Shown: piece after piece, positions 54,646-64,000 of the stretch
How the letters are laid out: the number at the start of each line of letters is the position of its first letter
Numbering within the stretch: position 1 is the first letter of the stretch
Origin: Lama guanicoe
Lineage: Eukaryota
DNA length: 64,000 nucleotides
Direction: 5' to 3'
Assembly (NCBI GenBank): GCA_013239625.1
Contig: MU053810.1
Coordinates: 4,558,071-4,622,070 of the forward strand
Made by a program: the position numbers and the translations under genes
The notes under the pieces: model-generated
The model's database searches: none
Seen by the model: the letters and a program-made list of their open reading frames with translations, nothing else
Told to the model about the DNA's origin: nothing

Positions 54646-56339
54646 AGTAGAGTTTACCCACCACTCTGGCAGCTCGAGTCCTGACCATCACTTCTTCCTT
54701 CTTGGCTTCTTCGATTCTCTTTTCTAACCTGTCCTAGACTCCACCCTCTGGTGAACTTGGCAGCATTGTCCTGAATATTGAAGGAGAGGTGAGCTGCCAC
54801 CCCAGGGCCAACCATTACTCTTTCTGCCCAGGGCTCCTCAGAATGTGGAAGAAAAGTTGAATTTAATTCATAAGTTCAACAGCTTGAGTCCTGTTGATTT
54901 GACTCTTATTTCTCAAAACTGTCTTTGATCAGGGCTGCAAGATCATCGGCATCAGTGCTGTTTCATATCTTATTTTCCGTGTTATCATTCTACTCATTCT
55001 AATAATAGTACAGACTTAGATGCGGTTTGGTGATCCTCCATCATCTTGAGATCATTAAACAGGACGCAGAAACACAAAGGGAATTATGTGGCATTTCAGC
55101 TTTGATGTCCTTTGAAAAGGCAAGATCTTTTCAGAAGTGTAAAAGACAAAACTTAAAAGTAAGACTTCCAACTCTATCTGGTTCCGCCTGGTTTGAGAGC
55201 ACCCTTTCCTAGTTCTGAGATAGCCACTAAATGCTGGGGACATCTGCGTGTGAAGTTTTCAAAAGCATTCATATCAATCATCAAATGTTTCATCCTCTTC
55301 CAACCCCATTCCTGGTTTGGCTAGAGTGAAAATTCTTACTTTGTTGAGGCCAAGTCTTAACTCTAACCTGATTAAAAGGTGGCAACTTTTCAAATATAGG
55401 CTGTCAGTCCCTCAGCCTGGATTTGTTGCTTCCGGAGCATGGCTTTTTCTGAATTGCTGAATTTAGTTCCAATAATTCATGTGTTTTGAGATGGACCTTG
55501 GAGTGGCTCCCACACACAGTGGAGCCAGAAGGTTCTGTGGCAGGTCGTCCATCTACGGGAAGCTTCGTATGCAAAGGAGGGGGAGACCCTGCCCTGGGTG
55601 GCTTTCAAATAGGAAGACAGAAGCCAGCCTGCTGTCTGTGTTTGTCCCGTGTCATCTCTGACTCACCCTCACCTGAGGCAGACCAGAGCCAGCACAGCCA
55701 GCCAGCAGCCAGGCCTGGACTTCAGTGTCCCCTGTTGTCAGGCATCGTGTGCTGACTGTACTTTGTGATGCTTGTGGATGCAACTGGATGATTTATTTCT
55801 TCTGTCCTGTGGAGGCCTGGTCTTGGCAGCTGGAGGGGGTGTCGTGGGTGAGATGCTGCAGGGGTGAGGATGGGGATGTGGTCTCCTAGGCTCCGTGTGA
55901 GAGCAGTGAGGAGTCAGACCCTGGTGAGCCACTTGGGGAAGGGCCACAGGCACCATGGAGAAGCGTGTTCAAACCACAGTGGGTGCGCGAAGGGTCAACC
56001 CAACCACCAGCCTCTGGCAGGTCTTCATTTTTGAAAGACTGTCGGGTTGAAGATGGATTAGAGTTACTCTGTGAGGCCCAGTGCCCAGGGCTCTGGTCCT
56101 TGTGCCCGGGCTACAGGGAGAGGCAGCGTTTGCAGGGAGATAAGGACTTTTTGAAGTGGTGTAGACCTGCTTTTCTATTCACACATGAGCTGTGTGACCT
56201 AGAGAAGGCTATTTAATTGGTAAAACATCCAAAAATAAGACAGCACTTGTGTGGATAAGAGATAATCCAGTCAAAGCATCTGGCAGGTGCAGCCACGTAG
56301 TGCTCATTTTTAGGTCAGTGGCAGCCACCTCATACTTGA

Positions 56340-57270
56340 GTCTCGTTCACTCATTCTCTGAATGTTTGGGTGCTGGTTTGGGCCTGGGTGTCCTGTTGGG
56401 CACTAGGGAGACAAGAGGATTAAGAGAGATGGGGGAGCTCACAGGCTGGGGCGGGGGGGACAGCTGACACACAGGCAGTTAAAATACACTGCAGGATGTT
56501 TGGTGATACAAGAAGTGGGTGTCATGCCAGCACATAGAAGGGGCACCTCACTTGTGGGGCTAGGGAGCTTTCCCATGAGGAAGAAGAATCTCCACTGAGC
56601 TGTAAAGGTGTGTTAGCCAGGCCAGCCGAGGAGGGGCTGGGCTTCCAGGTACACAGACCAGCATCTGCAGAGGCCTGGAGGGAGAAGAAAGCATGGGTCT
56701 TTGGTGGAGCTGCGCTAAGGGTGACAGACAGCCATTGAAGATTTGCTTTTAGAAAGGTCACTGGCTGCAGAGTGGAGACAGGGGGACAGGCTGTTGGAAG
56801 ACTGCGGGCTGGTGCAGAAGGTCGTATGGGAGAGGAGGAGTGCCTGATTCGGGGAGTAGCAGGGAGGGAGGAGAGAAGCAGACGGATTTAAGGTGTATGA
56901 AGGAGCTGAAGTGGACAGGACTTGGTGGATGGGGAGAGGGCGGGGGAGAAAGGAGTCAAGAGTGACTCTTCAGTTTCTAGGATGGACATCAGGTGGATGA
57001 TGGTGTCTTTCTCACGATGAGGAAACAGCTTGAGAGGTTGCGGTAGATAAGGAGTTGGTTTTGGCTACTGTGTCTGGGATTATAGAGGATGTTCAAGAGG
57101 GGATGCCCACTAGGCAGTTAAACAACACAGGTTAAATCCAGGAGAGAAATGTGAGCTAGAGAGACTGATCTGAGGCTGATGTACATATGGATCATTTGAA
57201 GCCGAGGGAGTGGATGGCATGGCCAAGGGGAGCAGGCAGAGCAAGGAGATGATGACAGAGGACAACCCTC
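56340..57270 (-). mobile_element. LINE-2 fragment
   Basis: ttttagaaaggtcactggctgcagagtggag, gacaggacttggtggat, ggagtcaagagtgactc, gagttggttttgg and other L2-like motifs. Boundaries approximate. Confidence 0.7.
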
Positions 57271-60200
57271 TAGACCAGAAAAGTCAAATACTCTCTCTGA
57301 GACGTCTTTGCATTTTACCAATTTTGATTAATTAATATCAGCCATCACATAAGTGTGAACAGAAAGGTTAGGGGATTTTCTACATTTTTTGTTGGCTAAT
57401 AGCAGCAGAAACAAAACTATATTTTAATAAAACAGGTTTTGACAAGTTTAGAAAAATGGTGAGGAGAACTTTATAGAGACAAAATACTCTAAGTAAGACA
57501 TTCCTTAGGGAAATTATTTATGTAGATCAAGGCTCAGTGACAGCAAAGGTCACTGAAGGGCTTTGCAGTTAAACATTGTTCTTTAGGGGTTTATAGAATT
57601 TCTCTCTCGGGGGTAGGATTTGAACCCTTCTAGCCACACCTCCCTCGCAACTCTTATTTTGCAAATAAAATAGAACAAAAAAAGTGTTCTGTTCTGCAGG
57701 GAAGTACAGTTGTTTTTAATTGTGTAAGTGTTCCCTTCAGTAACATGGAGGATATTTTAATTTAAATCCCTGAAGCTCTGCAGGTTTGCAGAAAGGGTGC
57801 TGGCATCAAAATGAACGGCTTGAGAAGCTTGGCAGGCATGTTCTACTCCCAGTCTTGTGAAGATTTCCTGTGTGATTAGCAGTGAGGATAAGTTCTCCAG
57901 GTGCGCAAGAAAGAAGACTCCTTACATTCACTGGGATCCAGCTTAATGTTTTTAAAAGTCTTTGCTGTGATCCCTGGGTCAAGAAAGGGTGCGCTAAAAC
58001 CCTCCAGGGTGCACATTGGGAAAACGACGTTCTGTGTTTGAAAAACTTACTCTTATTTATCTCTAAATTGCATTTCTATTTGAGGCACTTTATTTAAAGT
58101 AATTTCTGCAGAGGAAATTGGCATAGAGTTAATGATCTAGATCGTATGGAAAGCCAAGAATATAAAATGAAGATGTGTCCAAGGCACACTTTTAATTTCT
58201 TAGCAAGGTAACTCAGACTTGCAAGGGGCCACCGAGAATCCCCTGCTGTGCCTCCAGTTACAAGTTAATGGCACCTTCACGTAAAGGGGTTTAACATCTG
58301 GCTAGTTTACAGCGACCGTGGTGGTTCTATAATTAGAGGTTAATAAACAGGTTGGAGATGAGGTAGTGTGCATACCTCATTTACGTGTGAGGTTCTGGTG
58401 ACTAAGAGGCCATGCAAACTCTTTCTTGAGCCTTAGGTCACATCAGCTCCCTCCCATGGAATCCTAAGTTGATTCAGGCAGCTGCGTGGTCTTATCTAAG
58501 GAAGTCACCACCCAGACACCATAGGTGGGAGCGGTTCCCTAATTGCATCTGTTTGGGCAAAATATTGAAGTACCGTGAACTTTGCTGAAAGCATTTTCCC
58601 TGAAAGGCTTGTCCAGCATCTGCTTCTCAGGTAGACTCAGGATTTGCATTTTGACCTTCCCACACGCAGAATCTGTGTGTCCCTTCTCATGCTGCACCCT
58701 GTCTGTCCTGACCCACCCTGTCCAACATAATATGCATTTCAGCATATTCTGAACCCCAAGGTTCAGTTTTATTAGGGATGGAGGTCATCACTAGGTTTTG
58801 TGGGGTGGTGTCGATGCTAATTAATTTTTTTTAATTCTGGGTAAAAAAGTCACAAAAAATATGAAAACTACTCCCTCCTAATCCAGCCCCAAGAAGTAAT
58901 TCTTGTTCACATTTTTTGTTTATAACTTTCAGTATTTTACCCATGGGTAGATATTTTTAGACAAAAATAGCATCTTTTGGTACACTCTAGTCTTTTTCAA
59001 TTTGTCAACTTTTCGGGAGCATATTCTCAAGTCATCAAAATAAGGAATATAAATTAACTTTGCTCACATCCTCTTAAAACTGAAAATTCATCCTATTCCA
59101 ACTCTCCGATCCCTTTCCTGCTGTTCAGCAAACCCTATCCCTAGTGAGTGTCTTTAAACAGTAAATGTAAAATTACCTTATCATAACACCCTTAGAAGTA
59201 ATTATAATTATTCTGTCTTATACCAAAGATGTCAGGTTAACTATGTGATGGGCAACTAGAGTCCATTATTTATGGCATTCAGTTGTGGAGAATCCCAGCT
59301 GGATGTGTAGCATGTCATAACTATTACCGTCTCCATCAGAAAGCATAAATTAATCGTGTCACGTACAAAGTATCCCAGAATCAGCTAAGGAAACTACACT
59401 ACATAACGTCTACCTTCAAGGACTCACTACTGTAGGTGAATGAGCTCTAGTCTTATTTCCTCAAATATGGCTTTGGCATAACAGGACCCAGAATTGCTCC
59501 TGACTCCATCACACACAGGTGGTGGTTGGCTAATGTAAATCACCAATTCGAGTTCAAGGCACGAGGTATGTTCTAGAAAATCAGAATTGAACCAAGGCAC
59601 AACAGTTTCTGAGTTCACTAATTCCAGTAGCCTGATATTTCCTTGCAAAATGAGTTGGGCATTACCACCACCACGCTTTATGACGTCATGCTAGATAGAA
59701 ACTTGCCTCCATCAAGTGACCATTTATCTCTGTTTTTACATAAAAAGGAGATTGAAGATTGCTTACTGTGCAGGCATCAGTAATGAAGAGATGAGGCAGT
59801 TGAATCCCCTTGGACTCAATAGGAATGGTTTCAGAGAGGACAGAGTAGGTATAGGGGCTTAAGATTTCTCCTTCTGGTCCCTTGTATCTGTGTTTTGCAG
59901 GTGTGTCAGGAAAAAAAAAAAAAAGAAAGAGACTTGTGTCTATCACATGCTTTTTTTTTTTTGACCTCCAATCATAGTAGCATCCTTGATTTCCACGTCC
60001 TTTAGCACTGATGTTATCTGACTGAGACATAATTGTCTTAGAATACATCACTATAAAATCTACCGTATTGCTTGAGTGGAGGTTTTTACGACTTAACTGG
60101 GAGATATTACTGATTAATGAATATGTGGGAAATTTATCTAGAAAATGAAGTCTTTGTGAAAAGGAATGAGGGATGTTTGCAAAAGAGCACATGAAAAAGA

Positions 60201-61439
60201 TATTATAAATCAAAGGTTTATGAATTCTGCATATTAAATGCAAATAGCTATTAAAATATTTATTACAATTAAAAAGAGTAATTAAATTAGAGCCTATCAT
60301 GAAGAATCTGGAATTTATGTGAGAACATATAAAACTAAAAATGTAAGAAATAAAAGATATTGCACCAGCTCCAGTTAAAGGTTTTTACTGCTTCTTTTTG
60401 CAATGCCAGAGGGAAAAAATTACATGATGAACATGTTATAGGAGAGAAGTGAAAATCATACTGCTAGTGGACAGAAAAAATAGTGAGAGGTGTTGAGAGG
60501 GCTTCAGTTCATCTGATGGCTCCAAACTATGCTGTAAGGAAGGTCTTGGCCATTTGATTCTCCATGTAATGTTTGACTTTTTAAAAACTACTTTGAAAAT
60601 TCATGTGTATTCGGTGAAGATTCATCTCATTGAAGAAATAACTCCCTGAAAGAAAATGAACATGTGGACCCTTGATTGAGCATTAAAAACAAACCTAACC
60701 TAGCATGAGGGTAGGTTTGTAGAGATAGACGTTCTTTGTTTGTGCTCAGATTACCATTGATGCTCTTCTAGAAGAATATTGAGGTCTCTCACGTGGAACC
60801 TTATGAAATAGACACTTACATATGTCAAAAACGGGTGAATATCTGCAGTTTCATGTTGTTCATGCTGCTGAATTCTCAATGGGACTAAGACCAATGATTT
60901 GACTGAATTGAAAAGGAAGGAGGTTCCATGTCTCAAGGACAAAACATTTGCAAACATGTAACAGAAAATTGAAAGAAGCAAGACAATTTTGCTTTGCTGG
61001 AATTTCTGGAATAATCTGGGGTACAAAAGGTGGACTTTGGGTGATTACCGCACATCAATGTGGTTTCATCAGTTGTGACAAGTGAGAGGGTGTTGAACTT
61101 CTCCGATGATTTGAAATTTACCGAGATTCTAAGTTGAAAATGACCTTTCCCCCATATGTAAACAAAATTACTTCAATTAAAAAACCCTAATTTATTTATG
61201 ATTCTTCAACTTAAGAGAGATGTTTTTCCATTTAAGAAAACAAACAGTTATCAAATATACAAGAAAATGTTGCTTATATTTAAATAGTGTGATCTCAACA
61301 CACCTGAAGGCCAGTATTCCTTAGATCGGTGTGTTGATAGTTTATTTCAAATCGATATTTTTTATTTATTTAAACTAGACCACCAAGGCAATATTTGGTA
61401 GAAAATAATGTAGTTTTCAAAGCTTCACTTACAAATCTA

Positions 61440-62835
61440 AAATAAGCTTATAATTTTAGAACAATTTTAGATTTACAGGAAAATTACAAAGAGAGCACAT
61501 TGCCCATTTACCCCACACATAGTTTCCCAAGTTATTGCCATCTCTCATGATACATTTGTCCCAAACATGAACGAGTGTTGATAGGTGTTATCATTTTATC
61601 TACAGTTCATAGTGTATTCAGCTTTGCATGGTTTTTACCGAGTGTCCTATTTCTGTCCCAGGATCCCACAGTACATTTAGTTGCCATGTCTTCTTAGGGT
61701 TCTCCTGGCTGTAACAGTTCCTCACACTTGCCTTGTTTTTAATGACCTTGACAGTTTGAAGGAGTACTGGTCAGGTATTTTGCAGACTCCCCCTCAGATG
61801 AGACTTGTTCAATGTACTTTTTCAATTTGTTTGATTTTTTTTTTATTAAGACATTTTTAGAACAACTTGAGGTTCCTAACAAAATGAGGGAAAGGTACAG
61901 AGATTTCCTGTGTACCGCCTGCCCCCACACATGCATAGGCTCCCCCCACCCCCGCAGAGGAGTACATATATTACAACTGATGAACCCAAAGTGACACATC
62001 GTAGTCACCTAAAGCCCAAAATTTATATTATGGTTTAGTCTTGATATTTATTGTACATCCTGTGGGTTTGGACAAATGTATAATAATGACATGTAGCCAC
62101 CATTGTGATACCATAGAGAATATTTTCACTGCCCTAAAAATCCTCTCTGCTCTGGATCATTATTGCTTCTCCAACCCCCAACTCCTAGTAACCACTAATT
62201 TTTTTTTTAACTGTCGCCATAGTTTTGCCTTTTTTGTAGAATTACACAGTCTGTAGCCTTTTCGGAATGGCTTCTTTTACTTGGTAATGTCTTTTCATGG
62301 CTTGATAGCTCATTTCTTTTTAGAACTGAATAAAACTTCACTGTCTGGATGTAACATAGAGTTTATTTGTCCATTGACTCACTGAAGGACATCTTAGTTG
62401 CTTCAAAGTTTGTCAATTGTAAGTAAAGTTGCCATAAACATCCATATGCGTGTTTTTGTGAGGACATAACCTTTCACTTCTTTTGGATAAATACCAACAA
62501 GCACAATTGCTATATCATTTTCTAAAAATATGTTTAGTTTTGTTAGAAACCACCAAACTGTCTTACAAAGTGGCTACGCCGTTTTATAGTTCCACCAGCA
62601 ATGAATGAGAGTTCCTGTCGCTCCACATCCTCACCGAAAGAGGTGTATAGTGATGTCTGTTGTTTTAATTTGCATTCCCTTGATGGTATAAGATGTGGAA
62701 CATCTTTTCTTATGCTTACTTGCCATCTTTGTATCTTCTTTGGGGAGATGTCTGTTCATATCTTTTGCCCATTTTTTACTTGGGTTATTTGTTTTTTTAT
62801 TGTCGAGTTTTAAGAGTTCTCTGTATAATTTCACA
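61440..62835 (-). mobile_element. Old L1 (L1M-type) 3' fragments, probably two nested or adjacent pieces
   Basis: Peptide [32 protein letters not shown]...MQIKTT (62631-62840) plus 3'UTR-like segments starting ttttagaacaa at about 61455 and 61855. Confidence 0.85.
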
Positions 62836-64000
62836 ACCAAAATACTCTAGATATTTTAAGAGACCTTAAGTGCTATTATCAGCTTTTAATTTTACAGGAT
62901 TTCTTATTAATTTAGAATAAGGTTTACCCTTCTTCTCTTAATACAGGTTAGAAGATTTATTTATTTAGCTTCAACAGATATATAAAAGTATATTCATCCA
63001 CATCATATGAGCCAGACAAGGACCCTTCCTTTAGAAGTTTATGATTCAGGAAGGAAGAATCAATGGGAGGTATTGTTATAGATTTAATTTGATGGGAAAC
63101 AAGGCAGAAAGTTTCAAGAACAATTAGCCCATAAATAAATTTTTTTTTTTTTAATCCGTGGCTGATTCTGGCTTTGGAGACTTCTGAAGTCTTCCCCAGA
63201 CATTTTTGCATTCTCTGAAGTGGTGTTAAAAAATCTGGTGTTAAGAATTCTGGATGATTTTGTTTACTCCTGACTTTTAAGTGCTAAGGTTCTGTTCTGT
63301 AGTTTCTCAACAAAACATGCTGTCCCTTCCAGGAATGGAAGCTTTGACGGACAGAAGATGTCCACTCTTTCTTGATTTTTCTACTTATCAGTAATTGGAA
63401 TAGCCACCTGGTCAGCCCATTTATTTCACTTTAAATCGTAGTTGGGGGGGGGTGGTTATAATCATGTTTGAGTAAATCTAATAATGCAGAATTCCCCAGT
63501 CCATACCTATGGATTTGGATTTAATACTTTACCTCTCAGAAGCTTTTCTTTCTTGTTTTCAATTAGACTGTTTAGGTCCGTGAGAACTTTTGTGAGTCAA
63601 AAAGGACCACATTCATATTTGAGAAGACTTGGTCTGACAAATCAAGTTTTTAATTACAGGAAGTAATCACAAACTACTGTAGATGCAATTAAAGGCCTTT
63701 TTCTTTGGGAGAAGCTTGTTTGTCTTTTTAATTTTTCTCTCTAAGCTCATTATAAAAAATACTATACTCTTTCATGCGCGTATAGCTTGCACTCTATAAC
63801 TTCCTGCTGTGGATCTAGAAATGAATTTTGTTGAAATCAAAGAAATTAGTTGATAGGATTTTTTAAAAGCCTGTTAGTAGAAGTGGTTGAACATTTTTAA
63901 AGAAAATGTTTGCTTTGCTCATGATTAAACTGAACTAGACATCTGACCTCTGATATCTATCAAATTCCATACCCCTCATTCTGTGACCAATGAATTGCTT

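Noticed and set aside
59686..60300. 204-aa minus-strand ORF
   Set aside because: Crosses A/T homopolymers and probable ancient repeat sequence; no recognisable protein.

Overview
Mammalian genomic DNA, most likely a camelid. This rests on three tRNA-derived SINEs resembling the camelid vic-1 family, with no Alu, Bov-tA, PRE-1 or Can-SINE noticed. The window holds the 5' part of KIAA1217 (SKT, sickle tail) on the + strand: a CpG-island promoter, coding exon 1 (1973-2042), a 10.4-kb intron 1, coding exon 2 (12461-12744), and more than 51 kb of intron 2 running off the end. The introns carry ordinary L1, L2, MIR, MLT and DNA-transposon relics, plus several pieces of captured cellular sequence: a FUS retrocopy with a large internal deletion, a TMEM134 retrocopy whose frame stays open, an orphan poly(A)/TSD-flanked 3'UTR-like insertion next to it, an isolated ANKRD26/CCDC144-type exon with intron flank, and a SINE whose B-box is replaced by an 84-bp copy of intron sequence from 3.2 kb upstream. 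I found no convincing new multi-gene system; the best leads are these retrotransposition or templated-insertion oddities and some candidate regulatory or micro-exon elements. Family names come from recalled consensus sequences, not a database search, and repeat boundaries are approximate unless a TSD is given. Most ORFs in the supplied track are spurious.
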